Made by a program: the position numbers and the translations under genes
NCBI GenBank assembly: GCA_905178155.1
Contig: CAJINV010000001.1
Span: 5,181,994 to 5,245,993, forward strand
Source of the DNA: Amoebophrya sp. A120
Taxonomy: Eukaryota > Protista > Dinoflagellata
DNA: 64,000 bases
Direction: 5' to 3'
Shown: positions 36,056 through 48,141 of the stretch, in pieces
How the letters are laid out: each line of letters opens with the position of its first letter
How positions within the stretch are numbered: the stretch's first letter is position 1
The notes under the pieces: generated by a model
What the model saw: the letters and a program-made list of their open reading frames with translations, nothing else
Told to the model about the DNA's origin: nothing
Database searches by the model: none

Positions 36056-39000
36056 TCACGTCGCCCGCTCCATTCCGAAGTTTAACTTTGGTGGCTTCTT
36101 CGGATTGGGCATGGCTCCGGGAGCACGCCAGCTGTTTCGCCGAACCGGGCTGTTGCTGGTAAACTTTCCCTCTGACGGCGACACGTCAGAAAACTCGCTG
36201 TTCCGCCTCGACGGTACTTGCAGCATGGGGTTTTTCTTCTTCACCATGAACGGCAGGTTGTTCCCCTCCGGGTCTACTCCCGATTCACTTGCAAGCACTT
36301 TGGCCGTCGCCTTCAACCCACCGGAAGTCGAAGCAGAACTACTGCTTTTGGGATTTGCGAAACCTATCTTCGACGCAGCTCCTCCTGCGTTTATTGTTCT
36401 ACCAGAAGTTGAAGTTTTTGTCCCTTGCCTACTGGTATCATTGTCGTCGCTCGACGCGGACGAGCTCGTGAAGTCAACGCGCACGATCTGGGGCTTGTTC
36501 ATCTTCGCCTTCGTTTTCGTATTTCCTGAGTACGCGGAGGTGGAGTAGTTGCTATCCTTCAGACTTCTCGCTATCCCTAAAGAAGATTCTCCCGGCGGCT
36601 TGCTGACACTGGCTGGTGGCGGCTCCGCGTCGGAATCCACTTGCTCGATGTAGTTCGTCGGCACCATCATCGCCTTCGGGATCATCGCCACCGTGCGCGG
36701 CAGCATCAACCCGCTGCCCGGCTCGCCGCGACCCGGCGTCGTTCCGGCGCTCATCAAAACGGGCAGCACGAGGTGCGCGTACACCACCATCACCATGCTG
36801 GAGGTAAAGGAGTGCGCCACGTCGTCCGGCTGCACTACCGCGCCGCCCTTTTTCAAGTCGATGTCGCTGGACATCAGTACCAGCAAGCAAACAATCACGA
36901 ACCCAAAGTCCTCCACTAAACTCAAGAAATTCCGGAAGAACCGCTTGCCGTAAAACATGCGCCACATGGTCTCCTCGGTTGTCTCCTCGCCGTCTTTTCC
37001 GCCACCCGAAGTAGATGAGCCGGGATTGACGCCCGTCGCGTTGTCCGCTGCGCCCGACAGGCCGCTGCCCATCGCCAAGGGCGCGAAAACAGACGCTGGG
37101 AAGACGAACAGCAAGTACGCCCCGCACTCCGGCCGTTTGCTCCGCCGGCTGTTGTAGTTCCAATACCGGCGACTGCCGTAATTGTCCACAAACATGGGGT
37201 ACAATCCTAAGCGGAACACGCTCCACCCGAAGACGCAGCTGGTCCAGATGATCAGCACGGCGGAAAAGTGCTGCACGTTGTTGACAAACTCCGTGACGTC
37301 GTCGCCGCTGATGCGGCAGATGTTTTTTGTCAAAACCGCGTCGCTGATGAAATCGTAGTACTGGAGAAACTCAAACACGCTCATGGCGACGCGCTGGCGC
37401 ATGGTCAGGGTGGACGGAAACGCCAGCTCGTCGTATTGCCCGCGGCAGCCGGCCGACGCGAACCAGCCCGCCGCGACGAACAGAACCCCGAGCGCCAGCA
37501 TCCCGGCGATAAAACCGCCGGCCACCCGCTCGCTGTCGCTGGGCGCGGACCGCGGCCGACGGACGATTTGCGGTGTGGCTGTGGCCGCCGGGGCGGTCGT
37601 CATTTGGTCGGCCATGATGTTAGCGTCTTTGTACCAGTCCTTCAGTTCGTACCTCTTCGGCTGGAACGCCACCCCCGGTCCCTGGCCCGGCGCAATCTTG
37701 GCCCGCATCGTCCCCGACTGCACCTCGCAGAACAGATCGTACGTGCGCCCGTGCTCCAGATCGTTGATCCGCGCCACACAGTCTTGCGTGTACGGGCAGA
37801 ACGCACGGTCGGACCCGCGCACCCCGCTCGTGTCGGTTGAGCTCAAGCTCCCGCTGCTGGTGTCCCCGTCCTGTGGCTGCAAAAAGCACTGGTACTGGAT
37901 CGCGCGCCAGTCGAGGTTGCGGATGGATATGGTCGCGAACGCCTCCGTGGTGGACAGAATCCCGAAAGAGGGTTCGAAAGCCATGGCGATCTGATTCGTG
38001 GTGGTCGTGTGGTACCGGATATGGCGGGGCTCGTGCCGAAAGTCCGAGTCCTCCTCCTGACAAGCAAAGTTGTATTCCGTGTTTGGCTGCACAATCTGCT
38101 GGTCAAACTCCAGTTCACACGGCTTGCCCAGGTCGAAGCACTGCACGGACCGCGTGCGGATGGGCAGCGTGGCGGGGGACAGATCGAGGACCTGCGACCC
38201 AGTCAAAACGTTTTTCGCGGAGGTGACCACGCAGTGGACGTTGGGGCGCCCGCCGGCGTTGATAAATTCCTGTTGGTGCAGCGCCATGGCGAGCCGGATT
38301 TTGCTCGCCCACGTCCGTCCCTCGCCGGCATCAAACCGCTCGATCAACGGCGGAATCTGTTCCCACACACACTGCACGTTGTAGCCGTAGATCGGCCCGT
38401 CGCAGTCACACCCACCACTCATGGCGCCGACATACCTGGAACAAGAAGGGATCATGTTGACTCGAGTTGCAAATGGAAAAAGCTCGGTTTTTGAATCGTA
38501 TATTATGCAGATGAATCGGATCTGCTGCTTCCGGATTTCCAAAACCAAAACTTCTAATGCGAAATCGACATACCTTCCTTTCCCGTATTTCCTCTGTGTG
38601 TTGTTGCCGCACCGGCACTCGCCCATCATCTGCAGGCCGAAGTAGTGAAAGTCCTCACAGAGCATGGCGCACTCGCCCTCGGTGTGCCTCAGGCCGTCCG
38701 GCTTGTCTGTTGCGTTCCGCCGGTGCGGAAGGTCCCTCCGCACTAGATGTTCGCGGTAGCAACCGGTCCCCCCGTCCGGCTGTTTCTGCAGGACCGGGCC
38801 GCGCAACGTCTTCTCCTCGTGCTCGTACTGGATGTGCAGGGTGCCAGCAATGTCCTCCACTCCGCAGAAGATGCGCTGCGTACGGTTCTGCGGGAGCTCC
38901 GGGAGGTCGAGCAGGCAGTTTGGCGGGACGCAGCTCTGCGACACGCGCTGCTTCCGCAACAAGTTGCTGCTCATGTCCGCGGCGGCACTGGTTTGCGAAG

Positions 39001-41252
39001 CTGCCTCGGTGGGAAAACTGACCAGATTCTCGTCCTGGCTGTAGGCTGCGCAAACCAGCGTGCCGCCGGGATTTCCGATGCTTACCTTCAATGAGAGAAC
39101 GTCGTACCGCGTTTTCCCCTGGATCTCGACCTGGGCGATCTGCCCCGGCTGAGGACAGGCTGCTGTGTTGCAAGCTTGTTCCGGATTGTGCAGCGCTGGC
39201 TGGTAATCGGGACAACGGCGACTGATTTTTTTTTCCACCGATAAGTACTCATCTCTGGATTTCTTTCAACAGCGCTCCAGAAACACGAGGAATGTGACAA
39301 CTTCAATGGATCTTCTGATGTATAATGAGCGTGAACGTGAAAAACCACGAAAACATTTTTACGATTAAGTAGCAATAGCAAGTTACTAAGCGTATTCGCC
39401 TCCTTCTCTGCCCAGACACCGCACGGTCCGCGTTTGAATACCGCCGCCACAAAACTTGCTGCAGGTAGACCACGAGCCGAGACTGATTGCGAAGGTTGAT
39501 CCCCGTAAAAAAGTGTCAAACTCGGAGAGAGCAACCTGTCAAATCCATGAATTTCAACAAATGGCTCGTTGTGCATAATGCATGCATAAGTCAGCAGTCA
39601 AGAATTCTCTGGCAGCTGTAGTAGCAACTCACTTCTCCTTCGTTCACTCACTTGTGCATCTGTATACGCCAAAAAGTAGGTGTTGATGTACATACCTGCA
39701 CAGGATACGAATTTGGCTGCAGCTTCTGCGATGCGGCGTATGTGACGTCTCCGGCCGACAAAAACTCAATCCGGTAGTAACCCCACCGGTTTGCGTTGGT
39801 TATGTCTGCGGTAGCGGGGACCACGAGTCCTGCCGGCGCCGCATTTCCTGCCGGGTAGGCGGTCGACAAAAGCGCCTCTAGCTTCTCCTTTGTGTCCCTC
39901 GCGCTGCCAATATCGAAAATGGCATACTCCGCCGTGTGCGACGTTAGCCTCCGCCGGGCCCTGCTGGTGCCACTAGACCCGTAACTCGGTGCGTCCCCGA
40001 GCTCCACCGTGTTCCATTTCCCCGAATTCGGACCGGAATTGGAGACCAGGTCGACGAGCGTCAAGCCAGCGTAGCTGGTGTCCCCCGCACTGAAATCGGG
40101 GGGACCTGCGAACAGCCGCCAGGCGCTTGGCGTGAACGCGGTGTCGGCTCCGGTGCGCAGGGCCAGACTGTAGCTACCAATCAAGGCCGACGGATAGTAG
40201 GGCTTCACACTCACGGAGTCCAGTACCCCCTCGGCATTGATCGTGCCCGCATTCGCGTGGATCCGCCCGTACCACGTCATGGCGGTTTTGCTGGCCGAGC
40301 CCTTGAAAAAAACCATTTGACACCCCAAGGCCGGCGTGGACGCGTAGGACGCCGTGCACGTCTTCGCATGCTCCAAGCAGGTCCCGCGGCAGTAGCACGG
40401 CTGCTCGTTGCACGCCTGGGACCGGAAGGGATCCAGATCCGCTTCACCGTTCTGAAAGCCACAGAACTGCGCCGCCCGCTCCTGCCCGGTAAACACGTGT
40501 CCGCAGTAGGCCGTCCGCGTTTGCGTCCCCCCCGCGCAGGCGGCGGAGCACTCGCCCCACGGGCCGGTCGACACCCCGAAGTATTTGTCCACATCGATAG
40601 CAATATGGGTGAGCTGCAGTACGTGAGAGACGGGTGGACTCGGTAAATTCAAACTCACGGCCACTTTCGTGACTTCGAGGTAGTACACCAGAGACTGGGC
40701 ATGGCTTTCCCCGTTCGTAATCGTGTACGTTTTCTGCGGATCACAAACCGCATCGGCCGTGCGCTCGTCGATTTTTGCGCCAGTGTCGTCGTAGATCGCC
40801 CACTCTTTTGGAAAGCCATCGGACACACAGCCGAGCCGGTAGCCAAGGAGCCGTGTCCTCCCCTGGAGCACGATCTGGATCTGCGCTTGCCGCTTTGTCG
40901 AGCCCTTCGCCCCCTCCGTGTTTTCGAAGAACCGGCCATAGTAGCGGTTGGTGTTGGCGGTGTCCCCGAGAAAATTACAGTCGGAAACCACCGGCGCACC
41001 CGCACTGTGGGTGGTGTTGGAGTTGCATACGAACCCGGGAGCGTTGTTGGTGGTGCTTTGCGCGGTTGCAAATAGCTGGCGCAAATTAGAGGTCGTCGTG
41101 ATGGTAGCTGCTAGAAGCACGAGGAGCCATGCGAGAACAAAGTTCTGGTAGACGACGCGCTTTACAGGTGTTGTAAACTTCAAACATTTTGTGGCTGGCG
41201 AGGCTCTAGCCGAAGTTGAGAGAGAAGGCAAAACAAAGTTACACTGCTGCAT
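36056..41252 (-). CDS. Large surface adhesin/receptor: discoidin/F5-8-like regions, two TSP1 repeats, WSC domain, C-terminal TM helices and Ser-rich tail
   Basis: TSP1 motifs GPWGECSAACAGGTQTRTAYC and GSWSTCSKFCGGGIQTRTVRC (~39410-39490); WSC motif GCY...ECAMLCEDFHYFGLQMMGECRCGN; several hydrophobic helices in 36760-37530. Start codon uncertain. Confidence 0.75.
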
Positions 41253-41874
41253 CGGAGCTCGTGGATGGAACGAAAACAAAAAAATAGGCTACATTTACAC
41301 GCATGCAACAGCAGTAGAAAAAAACCTCTAAAGGACTAAAATGGTGCGACTGCGAGCATTAGCTCTGAAAAAAGCTCTGTATGCTTTCTTGATACTTACG
41401 AGGGGGCCTGAAAAAAAGTCCGTTTGCGATGGTGGTCTCTCACGCTACTTGACGATGTGAAATGGTGCGGCACACGCTCCTCTCAGTAGACGCACCGAAT
41501 TTGCAACTTGTCTTTGTCACTCAAAGAGGCACTGAATCTCTATACGGAGCAGAGCTCCAGTTTGCTGGCTTTCTGGTGATCTCTCTCGTCTGTAACTGTA
41601 TCCGCATTCGCTCCCATTGCGAAAAAAAAACAAATCGAAAATCGAATTAGAAGGCAGCATCGAACCTATCAACCGGAAGCAGGATATAGACATCCCTGCA
41701 CAAGTCTTTGCTTGCTATCACGAGTAAGAATTGATTCTTCTTGGAAGTGGGTTGGGGCAGAAACAAATATCCATTGAAACCACATTCGCGTAAATACACG
41801 CGCCTGTTCGGATTTACCCTGAGTGCCGCAATGAAGCACTTATACTCAGTTCAATTCACAAAGGGCTGCTCTCG

Positions 41875-44800
41875 TCACGGTCCACTACTCGCAGTAGCCA
41901 CCTTCAAGCCTCCGACCAGGCGGATGGCCGCCAAGTCCGGGCCCGGCGGCAGCACCCCCGGCGCAGCACCACCCTGCGAAGAGGACGACGCGCCGCCCGC
42001 CGTCGACGCACCCGTCCCCTCCTCGCCGTGCCACATGTCCGCCAGCTTCTGCTGCAGCTTGCGGTGCCGCGTCCACGCCCGCAGAAAGTTCGGCGGCGAC
42101 AGTTCCATCATCTGGCGCTGGATGAAGCTTTCGATCCAGTCGAAGAATTCCAGTTGCCGTTTTGTGTTCAAATTGTCCGAAAGCAACTGCTGCACGTGGT
42201 GCTCCGTGTGCGTCTGGAACTTCTGCAAACTCTCCTGCACGATGGCATACACCCGATCTTCCGCCTGTTGGCCGCCCCGCTGGACCTTCGCAATGAGGGA
42301 TTCCAGCTCCACGAGCGTGTGCTTGATCTCCTCGCGGCGCTGGTTCACGGCAGTGTTGAACTGCCCCCCGGCCTCCGCCGCCGTGCGGATTTCGCCGCGG
42401 TAGGCCTCCTGGATCGGAAGCAATTTGTGGGTGGCGAGAATGGCCCCGGACGCGTGGTTGCCCGCGGTCAGACACGCCGGACAGAGAAACTCGTGGCACG
42501 TGGCGCAGTACTGCGTGATCTGCATCCCGGGGTGGAGCGGGCAGTCCCCGACCGCGCGCGGCATTTCGAAAATCGGCACCCGAACATGGCGAGCGACAAT
42601 CTGGGATTCGGATTTTATTTCAGACCGTTCATTTCTTGATTTTCGAGCTCTATGGTTTCTCCAATTGCAAATGCCTGCGCCTGCAGCTGCGGTAGACTAT
42701 CGGTTTACCAGAGGTCAGACTGACAAAAATCAGAGTTTTGCAGATGAAACACTCAGAAGTACAACATTCATACAACGTCAAATAAACGAACCGCACCTTA
42801 TTCAGGGAATGTAGTTCCAAATCGCACTCTTCGCAGAGCTTGGCCTGGTCGGCCTCGCACCAGACGGCCGCCGGCTCCTTTTGACAGGAGTCGCACAGTA
42901 TCAAATGCAAATATGTCTGGGTCTGGAAGAATGCGAGGTTTGTCATGCTTGTCTGGCATGACTGAAGAACTTGTGATGCGCCTCCAAGAAGAGACCCTCT
43001 TCCTTGTCATGCAAAAACGCAGCCTGCCATGCGGAATCTGCAACACTAAGCAGCGCAGATACCTCTCATGCTTCGCTGTGCATTACAGAGCATTCACCAT
43101 TCCCAACCCAGCATTACAAGTTTCCAGACCCAGATATATTTGCAATGCATACACAGGCTGAGTGCGAACTTCTCCGGCTCGCTCGGGTCGAGTTCGAAGT
43201 GGACCAGGTACTTGGGCAGCAGCTGGCTCTGTATCAAGTGTAAAAATGTCTGGGTCTGGAAGAGTCATGCTGTTTTTGCATGACACAGAAGGTCTGGCAT
43301 GGGAACTCTAGCGTCACAGGTTTCGAGAAGCTTTCGCAATGCCGAATCCGCATGACAAATCCCTGACTTTGGTGACAGAAAATGGGCAACTTTTGCTATC
43401 CATGCATGAGAGATTTTTCTGTGTTCTGAAATGCGAATCACAAGTTTCAACCTTCCAGACCCAGACATTTTTGCAATTGATACTCTGGTCCTTCAAGAGG
43501 TACTCGTGCTGAAACGTGTGCTGGTCGGCGGAGGCGGCGCGGAGGGGGTCAACACTGTCGAGCTTCGTTCGCTATCAAATGTAAAAATGTCTGGGTCTGG
43601 AAGAATGCGAGATTTGTCATGCATATTTCTCATGACACATGATGCCTGTAATGCTTGAACTAGCATCGCAGACTTTTAGAGGGCTTCCTGATGCACCTTC
43701 CGCATGAGAACTGGCCTGTCTGTGTAGCAAAAACTGTACCCATTTTGCTGGTCATGCAATACAATTTTTTTTAGAGTCCAAAAACAGCATGACAACTTGC
43801 AATCTTCCAGACCCAGACATTTTTGCATTTGATATTCGCCGGTTCTTGCGGTGAATGTACACGGAGTCAAAATCTCGGTCGCAGTTCTGCAGCAGCTTCT
43901 CCGCGTCCAGCACCAGTTCTTCCGACGTGACGAGCTGGCTACGCCCCACCTATGAGAGTGCACAACTCCCGCTCTCCCTCATTTGTATTGCATGAACAGC
44001 AACAAAGGATACCCAGACGCCACAAAGCCCGCAGGGAACCATCCACAACCAAGAACCTTGGAAAAGTGGGGTCCCCGAAGACCTGGAGGTGAGATGCGAG
44101 GGGGACGCCTATAAGCTAAAGCGCCAAAAATAGCACTAAAGCAGAGGCACAAGGAAGCGAAGTAGTCAGAAATTAACTTGGAGTGTCCTTACGGAAAACT
44201 CCAGCAACCTCAGTCCACCACTGCCCTCGCATTCACAAATGCAACAACACAAGAGTGTCGAAGCAACACCGGACGTCCATCCCACCGAAAGCACCACGGA
44301 AACCAAGAGCTGTCACACAGTAGCACCAACGATGAGGCAATGCCCTGGGGGGAAACAAGGACAAGCATCCTCCCCATAATGTCTAAGAGCAGACAACACG
44401 CGTCATATAGTTTCAGCTCTTAGAAACAGACTGACGCCGTGAAAACGCTCCCAATCCGCCCAGTGGCAGGCATCAAGGGGCAGGGGCATAGAGAGACACG
44501 ACCAGACAACCAACCCGACCAGGTAACCCGACCTGCCTTGCCACAGAGCAGACGGGGACCAGACAGAGGTGGCGGCAAAATTTCCGACGCCACACAAACC
44601 GCCAGAAACCCACCGACAGCAACCAAGGAGAGGGGGACAGCAGAAACAGCAATACAAACACCAGCACACGTGGAACCTGTGCGTGACAAATTCATGCGCC
44701 TAGTGTAGTACTGTTTGGGCTTCCGGAATTTGTCATGCAAACCGTGCCACAAGTAAGCGACTGGATGTGGATTTGGGGTTTTGCATGACGAATGAGGGGG

Positions 44801-45274
44801 AGGAGGAATTGCGCACTCTCATACCACCCCCGCGTGGCACAGAAACGCCTCGAAGACCCGCTTGCCCAGCGCCTTCGCGCTGCTGCTGCTTCCGCCCGCC
44901 TGCAGCAAGTGATTGCCTTCTGCTGCTCCATTTGCAGCAAAATTGATGTCGGCAGGATCGCCGAGACCAGGAATGGAAAAGTTGCCGCACTGGACGAGCA
45001 TGCCGCTGTTGCGCTCGTGAAACCGGAAGCCGCGCCGACACACATCCTGCACTGCGTTTTGCTGCGGGTCCAGCTGACTCACCGGCAGCCAGCAGGGCAG
45101 AACCAGTTTTGTCGCGGTCCGCTGGGAGAAACCCGCCTCGACCTCGGGTAGGGTGAGGCTCCACACATTCTTCACCTTCACCTGACTCGAACGGCAGGAC
45201 ACCTGCAAGAAGTACTCGAGAAAATCCCAATCCTCGGTCGCCGCGCTCAGCGGAACAGCAAGGGCGGAGGACAT
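41875..45274 (-). CDS. PARP/ART-like domain + two B-box zinc fingers + coiled-coil protein
   Basis: After removing four introners and one GT-AG intron: FLCHAGVGRS...FDSVYI...HEYLLKDQSQLLPKYLVHF (PARP catalytic-like), CDSCQKEPAAVWCEADQAKLCEECDLELHSLNKIVARH (B-box), CPLH...YCATCHEFLCPAC...H..H (B-box), then coiled coil. Confidence 0.85.
42899..43151. mobile_element. Introner, family 1, 253 bp (close relative of 31595-31845)
   Basis: Family-1 TIR; perfect duplication CACAG. Splices to FALSL-CDSCQK. Confidence 0.95.
43232..43482. mobile_element. Introner, family 1, 251 bp
   Basis: Family-1 TIR; perfect duplication CTCTG. Splices to LKDQS-QLLPKY. Confidence 0.95.
43573..43834. mobile_element. 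Introner, family 1, 262 bp (close relative of 31973-32243)
   Basis: Family-1 TIR; perfect duplication TTCGC. Splices to KNRR-TKLDSV. Confidence 0.95.
43951..44823. mobile_element. Introner, family 3 (TATGAGAGTGC TIR), 873 bp, with probable nested insert
   Basis: TATGAGAGTGCACAACTCCC...CCCTCATT vs TATGAGAGTGCGCAATTCCT...CCCTCATT; perfect duplication CCACC. Splices to CHAGV-GRSQL. Confidence 0.9.
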
Positions 45275-46214
45275 TCTCTGGTGGTTTTATTGTTCGCTGC
45301 TTCTCAGATGAAAACTAACGAGATGCTGATCGACAACAAGTCCGATTGCGCAGAATAAATCAATACAGAATATACATAGCAAGCCTAAACCAATGTTGGT
45401 ATGCCTGCCAGCCTACCAAAAGCAACGCGACAGATCACACATTGGCTTCTCGATCTAGATTTTCAATCCCTAAAGACGAAAAAACCAGGATTGACCATGA
45501 AACGATCGCAACATCAAAGGGACGAGCGATACGATGGCGATAAGACAAAACGATGCATGCGAAAAACCGAGACTTGGTAGTGCCCAAGTTCCGTTTACGA
45601 AACTCGACTTCTACAAAACAGACCACGAAACTGGCTTCGATCATGGGACAGTCGATCAGAAACGATCACGACAACGACATTGCGATAATCAAGGAAAAAT
45701 AAGCTAGTGCAACCTGCTATCCTTTTACCATTACATTGCGATCAGTCGGAGCGACCGTGGAAGAGCACTGCCCTCCCACGGGCCGGTCGGCCTAGTAAGT
45801 ACCTCCCGCACGTTGGGGCGGATACAGCTGCCTCCTTCGTCCGATTCAACAACGACCTCTTCCTCTGGCGCATTTTCTTGAGAATCTGAGCCAAGAATCA
45901 TGCAAAATCATAAAGCAACTTACCTATCATTTTCTATGATTTGTGCTGAAAATGAAAGTCAAAAACACCAATTCCGTTCTCTTGATTCGTTCTCTGATAT
46001 GAACTTCTACAAGCAACTATCCCTCGATCGCGCATCGGCGGGTTTTGTTGAAGAAACGAAACGAACTCCTAGCAAGACCGATTCGTTCCGCACGGAGACA
46101 CTCAACCTCGCCCTTCGAAGCGGTCGCGTTATGCGTCGCGTCACCCACTTCTAGGGAGAGCCCTCTACTGTTGGAAATCGGCAGCATCTGACGGCACTGC
46201 CTTGCTACAAGATT

Positions 46215-48141
46215 TCAGTCGGTTCTCCTCACCCCTGCGCGCTGTTGTGCAACTTTCTCCCCGAGATCTCTGCCCTGGCGGCTAATCTCCGTCGCTTCCA
46301 CGTAGTTGTAGTCGAAGTTCCCATCGTCGAAGTTCCCATCGTCGAAGTTCCTCTAAGGCGACGACATAGCGTCTATGTCGTGGAAGCTCCTGTATTTGAA
46401 GATATGTAGAAGAGGATTGTAGAGCTCATGCACCACCAACTCGCAGTAGGCCCAAGATGAATTACACCTATGTGACTCTTACTTTTTCCGATGCCCGCTA
46501 GGACCTCCTTCTACTACCTGCAGCTAGAGATACACCACCTGCGTTGAAAACTCCTTATGGTTGTGCAACAAAAATAAATGCCGGTCACCTGAATACAGCT
46601 TGATGCTCCTGTGCATTTACATACGACAATCAGATAGAGGAAGCAAGTATGCGAAGTACACCATCACGGGGGCGAGTTTTCCTTGGCTTTGCCACTTCTC
46701 CACCACTCGCGACAGCCCCGGGTGTGAGTTCATGTGGCTTTGGATCGTGCGGCTCAAGTCGGTCCTAATGCTGGAAAACTTCCCAGTCTGATGATCGAGT
46801 AAAAAATCCTGGCCCGCGATCGAAGCCCTGCGTAGTTGCAAAAATATTTATATATTGCCATTTCTGTACCATCAGAAAAGTACAACAAGACACTCGCTAC
46901 TGGCTGAAAATAGATCACGAGCCCAAAAAACGATGAAAGCAACACTCATGCTGTCAACGAAGATACTCAGATACTGAATTTTTATCCACGGCACACAGCC
47001 ACAGTCAGTGCTCAGCAAAACTTTTGCTGAGGGCTGATGCGTGATGGTGGCTGTTCCGAGAAATAAACGGTACCGCATGTAGTAGCTCGTCCGCTTCGTG
47101 TTACTGCCCATTGCTTTGTCCGCTTCTTCGCACAACCAGTTGTACACCTTTTGCATCGTGTCGGATTCGAAGTTGAAGCTTCTCTGGGACGCAAAATATC
47201 CACCTGCTTGGAAGGTAATCTCTCGAGCGTTGTCGAAGTTCCTGTATTTGAAGATAGGTAGAAGAGGATTGTAGAGCTGATGCACCACCACCCCGCAGTC
47301 GGCCCAAGATGAAAACCTGTGCGACTCTGACTTTTTCCGATGCCTGGGACCTCCTTGTACTACCTGCAGCTAGAGACACACCACTTTCGTTGAAAACTCC
47401 TTGAATTGTGCAACAGAAAATGCCGGTCACCTGAATACAGCTTGATGCTCCTGTGCATTTACATACGACGATCAAATATCGGAAGTAAGTATGTGAAGTA
47501 CACAACGACGCGCACGAGTTCTCCTTCCCTTTGCCACTTCTCCACCACTCGCGACAGCCCCAGGTGTGAGCTCATGTGGCTTTGGATCGTGCGGCTCAAG
47601 TCGGTCCTAATGCTGTAAAACTTCCCAGTCTGATGATCGAATAAAAACGGCTGGCCCCTGATCGAAGCCCTGCGTTGCAAAGATATGTATCATTTCTGTA
47701 CCATCAGAAAAGTAGAATACAACAAACGCTACTGGCTGAAAATAGATCACGAGCCCGAAAAACGAAAGCAACACTCATACTGTAATCGAAGATACTCAGA
47801 TACTGAATTGTCATCCACGGTACACAGCCACGATCAGTGCTCAGCAAAACTTTTGCTGAGCAATGATGGGTGATGGTGGCTGTTCCGAGAAATAAACGGT
47901 ACCGCATGTAGTAGCTCTTCCGCTTCGTACTGCCTATCCGTTTGTCATTGTCCGCTTCTTCGCACAACCAGTCGTATACTTCTTGCATCGTTCCGGATTC
48001 AAAGTTGAAGCTCTTCTGGGACGACGCAACAGCCCCACCTGCTTCGAAGGTAATCGTGGTCGCGCTTGCGAGTGCACCGTACTGCAGGAGCACCAATAAC
48101 ATGCGCAAGAGCGCCCCGCAGCGTGGACTGTGCATCGTCAT
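46215..48141 (-). CDS. Secreted protein made of two tandem copies of a multi-exon module
   Basis: Signal peptide (ALLRMLLVLLQYGALA). A ~850-bp exon+intron unit is duplicated, and copy 1 reads in frame into copy 2 (KYRNFDNAR-EITFQAGG). 3' end uncertain. Confidence 0.6.
46380..48055. repeat. ~850-bp tandem duplication including introns
   Basis: ~46380-47220 and ~47235-48055 align along their length (e.g. TGCCGGTCACCTGAATACAGCTTGATGCTCCTGTGCATTTACATACGAC is in both). Confidence 0.92.

Noticed and set aside
42899-43834. Regularly recurring GTCTGGGTCTGGAA repeats as a CRISPR-like array
   Set aside because: They alternate in orientation as TIR pairs around ~250-bp introns in a eukaryotic gene; no cas genes.
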